Shown here: in pieces, positions 8,858-18,729 of the stretch
Layout of the letters: each line of letters starts with the position of its first letter
How positions within the stretch are numbered: the first letter of the stretch is position 1
DNA from: a virus
Lineage: Duplodnaviria; Caudoviricetes
IMG/VR virus record: IMGVR_UViG_3300023048_000001
Coordinates: 110,627 to 174,626 of that record
Strand: one strand, 5' to 3'
DNA length: 64,000 nt
Position numbers and translations under genes: made by a program
Notes under the pieces: model-generated
What the model saw: the letters and a program-made list of their open reading frames with translations, nothing else
Databases searched by the model: none
Told to the model about the DNA's origin: nothing

Positions 8858-9859
8858 TCATGTGTGTAGGAGTTCGTGTGCCTGACGATGGAGATAATTT
8901 ACGTCATCTTCACTGAGGTTGTCAACTAATTTAATTGTTCCATTGAGGATATTTTCAGAAACTTTGTGTATGAAGGTCAAATCTGCCTTGGATACGACCT
9001 CACGGTAATTATTTAAAGCAAAATCTCTGAACCATCCTGAGGTGAGAGTGGTACAAACACGTTCCAGTGCCTTGTGGAAGGCCTTTGAGACGTCTCTCTC
9101 ACCATTTAAAAGATATCTCTCAGTGGCTATCACGTAACTCTCTTCTAGTACGCAACAGATTTGCTGATGGTGAGTCAGGTCATCCCACTTTCTCTTTAAA
9201 CATAATGCCATTTCAAGATCATCCTTCATCTTTTCATAGATGGGACGGTCCTCATGCTTCACGGCTTCATGGATATCATCGTGAATGACGAAATATCTCA
9301 CGCTGTAGTGCTTGTCACTGAAGAATTCAGAATTGGTCATGTTCAGCTTGGGAGTAGACTTACGTCTCACACGGTTGGTCGTCTCCTTCTTACGTAGCTG
9401 GGCATACCTCAGGTCCATCTTTAACTTATTCTCAGACACGTATGCCTGTAGGTCTAGGTAGTCCTGTACATTCTTAGCAAAATGGATAGGGTGATTGATG
9501 TGGGCTCGCTTAGTAGCGAACAGGTCAGCGATGGGGAGGGCTTCAAAGGTGTTGTTGAAATCATCATCCACCAAAGGACCAAGCATCGTTCCACGGTTGT
9601 AGATGTATTCTACCGAGGGAAGGAGGTTGTTTTCAATTTCATAGTGAACCTTGCGCTCACCATAGAGGTCTAGTATTACACTGACCTTGTACTCAGACTT
9701 ACTTTTAAACTTAATGACATGGGAGCTAACACGCTCATACCATGCATCATATTCATCGGTAGACATAAAAACGTCAAAGTCCGCTCGTGCTAGACGGGCA
9801 GACTCGACTTTAATCTTATTGTGTGCAGCTAATGCACGAGAGCCAATAATGTACATCAC
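8858..9859 (-). CDS. nucleotidyltransferase-fold protein
   Basis: N-terminal IIGSRAL...ADFDV (GS..DxD) motif; C-terminal HDDIHEAV and LTSGWFRDFAL block typical of a phage NTase family. Confidence 0.65.
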   Translation of the reverse strand: MMYIIGSRALAAHNKIKVESARLARADFDVFMSTDEYDAWYERVSSHVIKFKSKSEYKVSVILDLYGERKVHYEIENNLLPSVEYIYNRGTMLGPLVDDDFNNTFEALPIADLFATKRAHINHPIHFAKNVQDYLDLQAYVSENKLKMDLRYAQLRKKETTNRVRRKSTPKLNMTNSEFFSDKHYSVRYFVIHDDIHEAVKHEDRPIYEKMKDDLEMALCLKRKWDDLTHHQQICCVLEESYVIATERYLLNGERDVSKAFHKALERVCTTLTSGWFRDFALNNYREVVSKADLTFIHKVSENILNGTIKLVDNLSEDDVNYLHRQAHELLHT

Positions 9860-9904
9860 AAATCCTAAATGATGTACACATTCTATTGACTAGCTGTGTT
9901 TAAA

Positions 9905-10231
9905 TCAAACTGGCGGGTTGAAATGGATATCCGGCCAGATGACGTAGGTCTTGTCTTCATTGATGATGATACCACCCATGAGGCCATGACGTGCGGCAAT
10001 CTCAAGGATTTGTGCCGGGGAACCTTCCATTGCCCAGCAACGCGGCTGCGCCATGTGGAAGCTGAAACCCTTCTTGACAACCGTAGCACAAACTGTCTGC
10101 TCTTCGATATGATCGAACAGAGCCTTCAGGTCTTCATGCGAATCACCACGGCTATAAGACGCCAGATTCACTGACAACTCACGATTCGATCCGTTGTAGG
10201 ATTGAATCATCTTTTCGATAAGGGGATGCAT
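9905..10231 (-). CDS. hypothetical protein
   Basis: 108 aa, GAGGA RBS. Confidence 0.7.
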   Translation of the reverse strand: MHPLIEKMIQSYNGSNRELSVNLASYSRGDSHEDLKALFDHIEEQTVCATVVKKGFSFHMAQPRCWAMEGSPAQILEIAARHGLMGGIIINEDKTYVIWPDIHFNPPV

Positions 10232-10240
10232 GATGGTTCC

Positions 10241-10876
10241 TCAGAGTGATGCAACGTTGAGTTTGGGAAGCATTGCCTTTGACCAACGATAGAACATGTG
10301 CCGTCCTACCCGAGCGATGAGCTTGTAATTCTTGTCCTTAGCCCAATAAGGTTTAACATATTCAGCATGGTAGTGCGTCATGCCATCGATGTCAATCTTC
10401 TTGGAAGGCTTTAACGCACCAAGCATGACCAGCTTTGCGATAGTATATGACTGTTCCCATTCCGCTGCAACAGCATCGTTCGTGAAATCAATATCATGGT
10501 TCTCACCATCGCATACCCATGAGAATGAACACTTGGCCTTGATGAGGTTACCATGACTGTCTGTGTTGGCCTGATTGACCACACCACAGATGGTGGAAGG
10601 GAAGTGGGGAGACATGGTGCGTTCCAGTACAACGGTGGCAACCATCACCTTTCCATTTGCATCCTCACCACGCGATTCAAAGAATACGTTTTGAGCCATG
10701 CAATCCAATTGCACCATATCCAACATCTGAATAGGTTTAACAGTGTTGGGTGGAATCGCAACGGCTATATGTGACCGTGGCCGAACGATTGCGTATTCCC
10801 ACAATGCTGCAATCATTAGTGAAGCAAATAACCCGAAGCTTACCCAAGCCATGAAAGAACACAGGCGAGTTCGCAT
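10241..10876 (-). CDS. SleB/Hydrolase_2 cell-wall hydrolase with N-terminal TM anchor
   Basis: CMAQNVFFESRGE, FPSTICGVV, FSWVCDG, THYHAEYVKPYW, GRHMFY; start chosen at the AAGGAG RBS. Confidence 0.88.
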   Translation of the reverse strand: MRTRLCSFMAWVSFGLFASLMIAALWEYAIVRPRSHIAVAIPPNTVKPIQMLDMVQLDCMAQNVFFESRGEDANGKVMVATVVLERTMSPHFPSTICGVVNQANTDSHGNLIKAKCSFSWVCDGENHDIDFTNDAVAAEWEQSYTIAKLVMLGALKPSKKIDIDGMTHYHAEYVKPYWAKDKNYKLIARVGRHMFYRWSKAMLPKLNVASL

Positions 10877-10922
10877 CTCTACTCCTTGTTGAGTCAGTGG
10901 GGTAATGATACGGTTATATAAT

Positions 10923-11276
10923 TTAAATGTCAATAGCTGGGAAGCGAGCCATAGCAGTAGGGACACCACCCAATGCACGAGTGGCTTCCTTCCATTCTTT
11001 ACCATGGATGTATCGTGCATAAGGGAACATGATCCCCTGAACGATATGTGCTATTTCGTGAGGAATGATTTCCTGTATCACGTAATCCCGGTTCATACGT
11101 GCATAGGCTGGATTGATGTAGACGACATTGATGTTCTGGTCAGCCAGACCTACATAGTCATCACCAATATCTTCAATTCTGAGCTTGATGTTATACATGT
11201 CAAGATCAGGCCACAGAAGCTTCGCCTTGGCTAGGCAACGATTGAATGCAATATGCAGTGCGGGATAGAGTTCCAT
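10923..11276 (-). CDS. SprT-like zinc metalloprotease
   Basis: IPHEIAH...HGKEWK. Confidence 0.85.
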   Translation of the reverse strand: MELYPALHIAFNRCLAKAKLLWPDLDMYNIKLRIEDIGDDYVGLADQNINVVYINPAYARMNRDYVIQEIIPHEIAHIVQGIMFPYARYIHGKEWKEATRALGGVPTAMARFPAIDI

Positions 11277-11326
11277 GGTAAAAGAATATCCGATTTAAAT
11301 TATACGGTCAAGCCTTTCACCAAAAT

Positions 11327-11406
11327 CTTCAAAGTCGAGAAGGCATATCCCCCAGCCACAACCTATTTTATCATATCTATTCTGAACGTAGGCTGAACAG
11401 ATCAAT
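11327..11406. repeat. module left site, copy 2
   Basis: CTTCAAAG-N17-CCAGCCACAACCTATTTTA...CTGAACGTAGGCTGAACA. Confidence 0.85.
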
Positions 11407-11496
11407 ATCGTTTAGATTCGGTTCATATGTTAACGGCATAATGACTTCTGTGAATTTGGCATCAACGTTTGAGCATCATATAACAGGTTGTTAAGA

Positions 11497-11883
11497 ATGA
11501 GTTACGTAATCGTCTATAGTGAACCACTTGAGTCAATTAGTTCGGAAATGCGCAAAGAGCTTTACACACTGAACTCTGGTACCAATGGAAGGATGCAATG
11601 CAACCTTGCATATTACGGTACACAGAATGCTCGCATGCAAAATGCTACAGTGTTCTATATCCTCAAAAGGAATAAAGTCGTTTCATGGGCAGTTGTGTAT
11701 AATCCAACTCTTTACCCAAATCGATTCTCCAAGAAATTTGAAATGGATATCTTCACCCGTAAGTCAGCCCGTGGTAATGGCTATGGAACTGCTGTTGCGG
11801 AAACAGTGAGAGATGCATTTAAAGGTAAACTCATTCATGCGTGTAAGGGCATGACATCAGTCTATAGACGTGCTGGTATTTAA
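11497..11883 (+). CDS. GNAT-family acetyltransferase
   Basis: IFTRKSARGNGYGT; distant paralog of 7547..7945. Confidence 0.8.
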   Translation: MSYVIVYSEPLESISSEMRKELYTLNSGTNGRMQCNLAYYGTQNARMQNATVFYILKRNKVVSWAVVYNPTLYPNRFSKKFEMDIFTRKSARGNGYGTAVAETVRDAFKGKLIHACKGMTSVYRRAGI

Positions 11884-11922
11884 GTCCTTACGCTTGCGTA
11901 ATGTAGAGGTGTATGGTACAGT
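11881..11922 (+). promoter_or_regulatory. module right site, copy 2, overlapping a promoter
   Basis: TAAGTCCTTACGCTTGCGTAA; TTGCGT-N17-TACAGT upstream of 11929. Confidence 0.75.
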
Positions 11923-11928
11923 CCTAGC

Positions 11929-12432
11929 ATGGACACTATTATCTTCTTTGATCTTGAAAATACTCTCATATGGGATTGGACGGATAACCGCGATCCCATG
12001 TGGCTAAAGCACCCTGAAATCACCGAGTGGATTTTCGCTCAAGGTGATTTCCGTGCTGGTCTCTTTTCATGGGCTATCTGGAATCCTAAAGATATAGCCG
12101 AGTTCAGTGAAGAGGGTGGAGTCCGTGAAGCCATCGAAACAACCCACCAGTTTCAATTTGAGGATGATCTAATCATCACTCGTGGAATGCTGGGTGACCG
12201 CTTCAGGAAATGGTTTAAAACTATGCCTTGGGTCTCTGACGATGATTGGTTTGAGTTCTTCAAGAAGCGCCAGACCATCCAAGAGCTATGGCTCCATGAA
12301 TTCAATCAGCCGAACACTCGTGTTGTTCTATTGGATGACACTGTAGAGAACGTGACTATGATTAATAATAGTGTCGAGAACAACCGTCTAGAGTTGATCG
12401 ACCCATGGACCTTTAAGGGAATGTTTAAATGA
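11929..12432 (+). CDS. HAD-superfamily phosphatase-like protein
   Basis: IIFFDLENTL (motif I variant) and VLLDD (motif IV). Confidence 0.65.
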   Translation: MDTIIFFDLENTLIWDWTDNRDPMWLKHPEITEWIFAQGDFRAGLFSWAIWNPKDIAEFSEEGGVREAIETTHQFQFEDDLIITRGMLGDRFRKWFKTMPWVSDDDWFEFFKKRQTIQELWLHEFNQPNTRVVLLDDTVENVTMINNSVENNRLELIDPWTFKGMFK

Positions 12433-12752
12433 CAATGCGTTTCTTCGCTATCCAATGCACTGCTTGCAATGATGTGCTAATCAGCCGTGCAGGCCATGAC
12501 TTCAACCGCTGCTCATGTGAGGACATGCTATTCATCGATGGAAACAGTTCCCTGTCAGGTGATGGCTACTATCGTGTGGGTTACAACATCACTGAAGCTC
12601 GTCCTAGTGTCAATGTCATGTATGTCGATCTTCCCATTACACCAAGGGAAGCTTACGATGACTGGAACAAAAGAATTGATAAGTGGAAGAAAATCGATAT
12701 TACTAAGTATCCACCTATCGAAATTCCCAAAGAATCTGACAAGAATAAATAG
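12429..12752 (+). CDS. Zn-binding phage hypothetical protein
   Basis: AIQCTACNDVLISRAGHDFNRCSC...IDG. Confidence 0.75.
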   Translation: MTMRFFAIQCTACNDVLISRAGHDFNRCSCEDMLFIDGNSSLSGDGYYRVGYNITEARPSVNVMYVDLPITPREAYDDWNKRIDKWKKIDITKYPPIEIPKESDKNK

Positions 12753-12772
12753 ATCAAACATTAGGTAATAAC

Positions 12773-13105
12773 ATGACAGCACACGTTTCAAGTACTCAAA
12801 TCCTCGATCATATTAAAACTGCTACCTCTATCTCTGTAGAAGGTAAGGTCTTTGATAAGATCACTGTAACAGATACAAAGGTATCAATCGGTCCTTATAC
12901 CTTCCTCATTGATCATTTTGATATTGGTGGTCTGTCTCCACAGACTATCGTACTCATGGATACTGATGGTGAGTATAGACATCTTATGCTCCTAGGTGAG
13001 GATGATACCCGTCTCGATCATCCTGATTGGTCCATTGAACAATATAACCCTGAAAAGATTCGCAATCATCACCTCCTACCAAAGGGTGACAAGAAGACCA
13101 AATAA
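12773..13105 (+). CDS. hypothetical protein
   Basis: 110 aa, in operon. Confidence 0.7.
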   Translation: MTAHVSSTQILDHIKTATSISVEGKVFDKITVTDTKVSIGPYTFLIDHFDIGGLSPQTIVLMDTDGEYRHLMLLGEDDTRLDHPDWSIEQYNPEKIRNHHLLPKGDKKTK

Positions 13106-13145
13106 GGTTTGACAGGAAGTTATAAAACATCTAATATTTGTCTCG

Positions 13146-13273
13146 TGGTCAACAACATGTAACTCACCGCTAGGGCGGATATATTCACCAGTAATATATG
13201 AAGGTGCGATCCCTTGAGACAGCGTTAGACGTTCTATATGAGGGTGCGATTCCTTCCTGTTGTTGTGAAGCCA
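13146..13273 (+). ncRNA. tRNA-like RNA with two T-arms
   Basis: Promoter TTGACA-N17-TAATAT at 13109; closing stem CAACAACA/TGTTGTTG; AAGG-TGCGATC-CCTT and GAGGG-TGCGATT-CCTTC. Confidence 0.55.
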
Positions 13274-13382
13274 AAGTTACGGTGAAAAGTGATGCATAAG
13301 CCAAGCGTGCGTGTGCAAACATCTGATCCATTTTTCTAGAGAATGAAATCTAGCCGTAGCGGTACTAAATTTAGAATAATAT

Positions 13383-13467
13383 GCCACTATGGCGGAATAG
13401 GTAGACGCAGCAGACTTAAAATCTGCCGCCCTTGGGCGTCCGGGTTCGATTCCCGGTGGTGGTACCA
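13383..13467 (+). tRNA. tRNA-Leu(TAA)
   Basis: Class II cloverleaf, loop CT-TAA-AA, CCA. Confidence 0.95.
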
Positions 13468-13484
13468 TATTATTCAAACAGTTT

Positions 13485-13612
13485 GATCCCTTAGCTCAGT
13501 GGTCTGATGGAAGAACAATCATTCTTAGTGTAATCAGAATGACCTTCGGAAGTCTTAGAGCGGAGAACTCTAAATCCTCGCGTCGTGGGTTCGAATCCCA
13601 CAGGGATCGCCA
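13485..13612 (+). tRNA. amber-suppressor-type tRNA (CTA) with 52-nt D-loop insertion
   Basis: Acceptor GATCCCT/AGGGATC-G-CCA, D-stem GCTC/GAGC separated by the insertion, loop CT-CTA-AA (13570-72), perfect T-arm. Confidence 0.8.
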
Positions 13613-13746
13613 AATTGATGTAGTTGCAGTGAGACACACTCCTGTAATTTAAGTAGGCAAGAATGCAGTGACTTAATACTTCTTTTTAGTGTGTATAACA
13701 CAAAAGCCCTTGACGATTGTTAAGGGCTTTCTTTTTGGAAAATATA

Positions 13747-13986
13747 ATGGAACTTCTAATCAACATCTTATTCGTCCTCCACTTCGGCTATCATGCCGCT
13801 GCTACCATTGGTGGAGTCTGGTCCCTTCTACATAGCCACAATGCTCACAAACGTAGCTGGTGGAAGATTGCCCTAGCTTTTGTATGGCTCGCTTTGAGTA
13901 TCTTGCTACTCGTTGTCAGCCATGATAAACTCCATCATCACGAGGACGAATGCAATCATGTTCAAACTATTCAAGAAAAAGCCTGA
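13747..13986 (+). CDS. small membrane protein
   Basis: Two TM segments, His-rich tail. Confidence 0.65.
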   Translation: MELLINILFVLHFGYHAAATIGGVWSLLHSHNAHKRSWWKIALAFVWLALSILLLVVSHDKLHHHEDECNHVQTIQEKA

Positions 13987-14365
13987 ACCTTTCATCCATC
14001 ACGATCTGTACAAAAACGCAATCAAAGCTATTGATGAGCTTTTCAAGGATATGCTCAATGATGATGCCAAGATGCGTAAGCTTTACCTATTCCATTATGG
14101 TGAAGCGCCAGCCACAGAACTTCATGCCACCTTCGCAGCTACCCTAGTCCATAACCTCTACAATAGGGTTAGCCTAGAGCTTCCAACTAAGTTTAAAGAG
14201 AAACACGATACCTTTACATCCACTCTGGAATTCTGTTATACTCCTTATCTTGAAACAGGTGCAGTACTGGTCGAACTCAAGATCGCCACACTGTTACTCT
14301 GGAAAGCAACAGAACATCATCATAAAGATTGGACTACCTATGAAGAAGCAAACCCACAAACCTAA
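13958..14365 (+). CDS. hypothetical protein
   Basis: 135 aa, overlapping operon arrangement. Confidence 0.65.
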   Translation: MFKLFKKKPEPFIHHDLYKNAIKAIDELFKDMLNDDAKMRKLYLFHYGEAPATELHATFAATLVHNLYNRVSLELPTKFKEKHDTFTSTLEFCYTPYLETGAVLVELKIATLLLWKATEHHHKDWTTYEEANPQT

Positions 14366-14483
14366 AATTAATAACCTTGTGGCGAAACATGCCATGAAGG
14401 TGAACAAGGCTGCGGTCATGCGTGATCGTAAGAATGACTATAACCGTACCGACAAACATAAGAAGGGAGAAGGTGATGAGTAA
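14340..14483 (+). CDS. small basic conserved phage protein
   Basis: NLVAKHAMKVNKAAVMRDRK, common in T4-like phages. Confidence 0.65.
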   Translation: MKKQTHKPKINNLVAKHAMKVNKAAVMRDRKNDYNRTDKHKKGEGDE

Positions 14484-14731
14484 TTTCTTTAATTGGTACT
14501 TCGTTATCGGTGGTACTCTCTCACTTGCTCTCGTAATTGCATATATGTTCAATCCGGGAATGATCGATCCTCGACTACTCATCGTGACCAACTCATTTGC
14601 TGTTGCTGGTCTCGGATTCCGTATAGCTTATGATCATTATCACCCTGAAGCGTCAAAGCATTGACATTTGTGATTTTAAAGCATATTATACTTGCACCTA
14701 ATATAAACATCGAAGGATGCAATAAAAACCA

Positions 14732-14956
14732 ATGAGTAATGCGAAAAATCTTCAGGCTCAAATTCAGAAGCTCAGTAAGGATTTGGTTGAAGCAGAACAT
14801 AACCTGAATCAGGCTGAATCCAATCCTGATACCGATGAAGCTACTATGCTGGAACTTGAAGATATCGTACAAGATGTTCAGGATGCCCTCTATGATGCTC
14901 AGGAAGAACTCGATAGACTCTATGCTCCCGATGCCTACTACGATGATAACTATTAA
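14732..14956 (+). CDS. acidic coiled-coil hypothetical protein
   Basis: 74 aa, own promoter, followed by terminator. Confidence 0.7.
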   Translation: MSNAKNLQAQIQKLSKDLVEAEHNLNQAESNPDTDEATMLELEDIVQDVQDALYDAQEELDRLYAPDAYYDDNY

Positions 14957-14982
14957 TCAATAACTCATCTAGTAATGAATAG

Positions 14983-15006
14983 ACCCGCTTCGGCGGGTTT
15001 TCTTTT
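14983..15006 (+). terminator. intrinsic terminator
   Basis: ACCCGC-TTCG-GCGGGT-TTTCTTTT. Confidence 0.85.
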
Positions 15007-15402
15007 GCCCATCATTTGAACATACAAAGAAAAAGGCCACCCGAAGATGACCTTTCATTATAACTTAACCTAATACCTTAGACTTCAGATTCTTGCTCTG
15101 CCTTCTCACTCAAAGCTTTCTGATCCTCACGGCCTTCCCACATAGAAAAGACACCATAAACCATGACTGCAAACATCAAAATCCAGAAATCCAATAAATC
15201 AACAGTGACACCATGACGATGCATTACGTTAAACATCAATGACAGACCCACATACTGCAAGACCTGATAGAACTTAATGTTCTCCTTCACCCAATCCTTA
15301 ATCTTTGTCCACATGTATATACACTCCAAAAGTAATGTATATATTGTATCCTCTTAACAAACAAAAAGAAAGGGTCGTTTTCACGACCCTTTCATGGGTA
15401 AT

Positions 15403-15855
15403 TCAATATTCTGTTCCTTCGCACACTAACCCCCACTTATAACGTAACCCTCTCAGGTTCTTACCCAAATCCTCAAGGAAGTATCTCTTCTCCTGCCGTA
15501 TACTGTCATGCACCATCTGCAAATCTTGAAGAAATTCACACCTCATCTTCAAAAACTTCGCATCAATGTCATCCCGTACATCCAAATGATCCATGTAATG
15601 CTGCACCAGATAACACACCGATGTATGGTTACCCCTGTCCATTTCCGGTAAATATAAAGGGTCAGGCATGATCATCCCTATCGTATCCCTACACCCTCCC
15701 TCTCCCCTGTAACTACATCTGATTATCTGTAATTGATGATCGAAGGTCGTACTCTTCCTACCCTGCTCAACCATCCGTATCTCAACATATTCTAAAACTA
15801 TCTCTTCATTGATATAACCATTAAGATATTCTGATATACCTATCGTTGACATCAT
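15403..15855 (-). CDS. hypothetical protein, LxYVE...VEQG..CxY paralog family
   Basis: Similar to 29301..29756 and 29766..30215. Confidence 0.75.
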   Translation of the reverse strand: MMSTIGISEYLNGYINEEIVLEYVEIRMVEQGRKSTTFDHQLQIIRCSYRGEGGCRDTIGMIMPDPLYLPEMDRGNHTSVCYLVQHYMDHLDVRDDIDAKFLKMRCEFLQDLQMVHDSIRQEKRYFLEDLGKNLRGLRYKWGLVCEGTEY

Positions 15856-15859
15856 TCCT

Positions 15860-16950
15860 CTCCCTAAAGATTAGACTCCTGCCATCCTCAATATAACCCA
15901 TCCATACCACAAGTGTCAATCAACACAAAAATGTGACTGCCATTCTCCCCGCCTCCATCCTATTTTATCATATCCAACCTGAACCTAACCTGAACAAAAT
16001 TTATTTTCTCGATCACCCGTTTAACACCCCGAATCTGCGTATCATAGGCCTCCACCAACAAGGTATCCCATCTAACACACCTTACCTGAACGGTTACTGA
16101 ACCAATTGTTAAGAATGTTAAAACTTCGTTATCTTTAAAATGAATGGAACCTGAACCGTGGCTGAACGATGCCAGAACCGGTTTCATCTTAAAGATATAC
16201 ACAATCATCTTTAAAGTATTCGATGAATGCAACGTTCATCTTAAAACATAAGTGTAGTTTTTCCCCTTGCGAGCAAAGAATCATCCTAATAGTGATGTAT
16301 CGCATAGGGCAGAATGACACCAATCACTTACTCAATCATACCAATCCCTATAAAACAGTGGGATATCGTGGACTGCAACGGTCTATACGATAGGGTTAAG
16401 TGTGTTTTATCCCCTTACAAGCAAAGAATCTATACAATCATTCATCATAAAAATGATGTATCGCATAGGGGAAAAGTACACTAAGTCTCTTTAAACATAA
16501 ACAAACCCTGACCAAATTAAGTCCTTACGCTTGCGTAACCATAGGACATGTGTTAGTATATACATACTGAAACCGTTGGGAGACAACGACTGTAGATATT
16601 TTTAAATGAAAAATTAGCCAAAAGGTTATAAATTTTCAGAAAAAATGTAATCGCGATGCACGGGAAGTACCCTTGAAAGTAATCATCATATAACACAATT
16701 ACTTACCCGTTTCCGCACCCTTCTGCACCACCCATTCCCACTATTTTCCACCTATTCCCATTAATATTCTATTGAATTATTTCTTCAATAGAATCAATGA
16801 CTTATAACTGTACAAATGTATGGTCTGTAAGTGCTTGTAAACACTACAAAATATTAGTGTTTCTAATTACCTTTTGAGTGCACGTAACCTCGTTCCTATG
16901 GGAACGAGGAATCATGGCGTTGAGCCTTGTAACCTCGTACCTAACCTATG
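15860..16950. other. repeat-rich non-coding locus, candidate replication origin
   Basis: Module left site (15951-15996) and right site (16515-16543), extra CTGAAC pairs, four (T)CATCTT(T)AAA-like repeats, duplicated CCCCTTRCRAGCAAAGAATC and TGATGTATCGCATAGGG, hairpins; GC skew flips here. Confidence 0.55.
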
Positions 16951-16956
16951 TCTAGA

Positions 16957-17313
16957 TTAACTCCAAGCTAATACCTGATCTACAGTAGTAGCATGTTTAG
17001 TAATGAACTTAAAAGGGAATCTAGCATCAGGGCTATTGTCTTCTACCTTCTGTTTAGTCCATAGGAGTTTAACACGTCCTAGGTTAGGCATGGCATAACT
17101 AAGTTCACTGGTGGAATATACACGTACTTCATCACTAGGGAATGCATTAGCGAAATCTAATCTGAACTTAGGATCATTGAGTTCTTCTTTGGTAATATCT
17201 TCCATCCCATTGAAGTCTTGTGGCTTCATGAGTGACCAAGGGAATTCCATCTTCTCGTGTTTATGATTAGCTTTGACGGTAGCTTTACGTACTGCGATAT
17301 AGTGAGTGTTCAT
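16957..17313 (-). CDS. hypothetical protein
   Basis: 118 aa ORF. Confidence 0.7.
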   Translation of the reverse strand: MNTHYIAVRKATVKANHKHEKMEFPWSLMKPQDFNGMEDITKEELNDPKFRLDFANAFPSDEVRVYSTSELSYAMPNLGRVKLLWTKQKVEDNSPDARFPFKFITKHATTVDQVLAWS

Positions 17314-18729
17314 AGGTTATCCGTTCTTAGATTTAGCTATGGATTTAAATTGTTCAGGATTGAACAGGGTGATGTATCGTGGGTAGTGAATAGGATACTC
17401 GCTATTACGGATTATCTTATTCCATGCTTTGGTGTATTCATCTTTAGTCATGTTAGGCTCCCCATTGGGTATCTTTCCATTCATCTAGTTTCCTTGCATC
17501 ATAGGCATTATTGAGTAGTTTCTTATAACGTCTAGCCATACTCTCATGGGTGATGACAAGCATGAGAGGTTCGATATCTCTTACTTCATCGGGTTCCATA
17601 CCGAGTTCTAGTTCATCTTTAGTGAGTGCTAGTTTATATCCGAATGTTCCATCAGGATACTGGATAGTCCAGAGGTAAGCAATAGGTTGGATGTTACTCA
17701 TAGGGAAAGGATGCCTCTGTATATTAGAAAACCCATAACGAGTATGAGTATTAATGGGAAGATGGTTCTTAGTACATCCCATAGGAAGTTGATTACTACC
17801 AACAGGGATAGGTATGTTATGAGCAGGATTTGATCAAAGAGGGATAGTTTCTTACTCATAGGATTATCTTAGTGGAATAGGTGTATGTACTTTATGTTCA
17901 TCGGGAATAAGTAGGATATGTCTGCCTTTAGCATCATCCATCTTATGTAACAGATGTGTTCCTTGGTATCCCATCTTGATCAGTTCAGCCTTCATGTATT
18001 CATACTCATAGGAGAATATGCCATAGGGATGATCATACAGGCGATTATTGATAAATGCATCATCTTGCTCTTTGGAGTAGCTAACCTCTACGGTATTCAC
18101 TTGAACATGCCTATGTCTTCAAGCTTCTCTACATATAGATTAAAGATGTTCCCATAGATGCGTTCTAGCCATTTGAAGAGGCTGCTTAACATAGGGATAG
18201 GAAGACAGAAGGCAAGGATGATGATCAATGCAATGATCTGTAGGAGTTTTAATGTCTTATTCATTAGTATATCTCGGGAGATGTTCCTGTTTCATCTTCA
18301 TAGTGAAGTTTGGCTCTGGCTGAGTAGTATTGAATTTCACCGCATTTTGTACATTTCATTCTATGCAGGTCTATGTCCTCAAGGGTTGACCTGACACCAT
18401 ACTCAGTTGAGGTATATGTCTCACCCGTGTAGAAATTCTCATGGGTCACTTCCTTAGTGAATGAGGTCTGATGTGTGCAGTTATTCATAGACCGCTCTTA
18501 GTGAATAGATCAAGAATGTCATCTAGTGCTTCATCACTCAGGCGTTCGGCTTGATACTTCTCCTTCCAGTATTTCTTAAGGAATTCCTTTTCAGCTACAA
18601 GGAATTTCAGCGTGCTGACGACATCTGCATGATCTTCATAGGATACATAAGGTCCATTCTTGGTTTCATGTCTCTCTATTGCCTCACAACCACACTGACA
18701 TGTCTCAAAGGTGTAACGTTTAATATCAG

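Noticed and set aside
13485-13612. Genome-wide TAG recoding implied by the amber tRNA
   Set aside because: Long conserved genes (Rnl1, Rnl2, PcfJ, SleB) are intact in code 11, and the TAG-ending genes I checked (12429..12752, 34342..34623) reach another stop within a few codons; late genes outside the window cannot be assessed.
13617-13675. Twister-like ribozyme after the amber tRNA
   Set aside because: Superficial TGCAG repeats only; the conserved twister core and pseudoknots could not be assigned.
15960-16232. 90-aa ORF within the origin-like gap
   Set aside because: No RBS, and it overlaps the repeat sites; likely incidental.
7388-16543. Integron attC or IS-element interpretation of the module
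   Set aside because: No integrase or transposase in the window, no attC GTTRRRY/RYYYAAC structure, and no terminal inverted repeats or target duplications.
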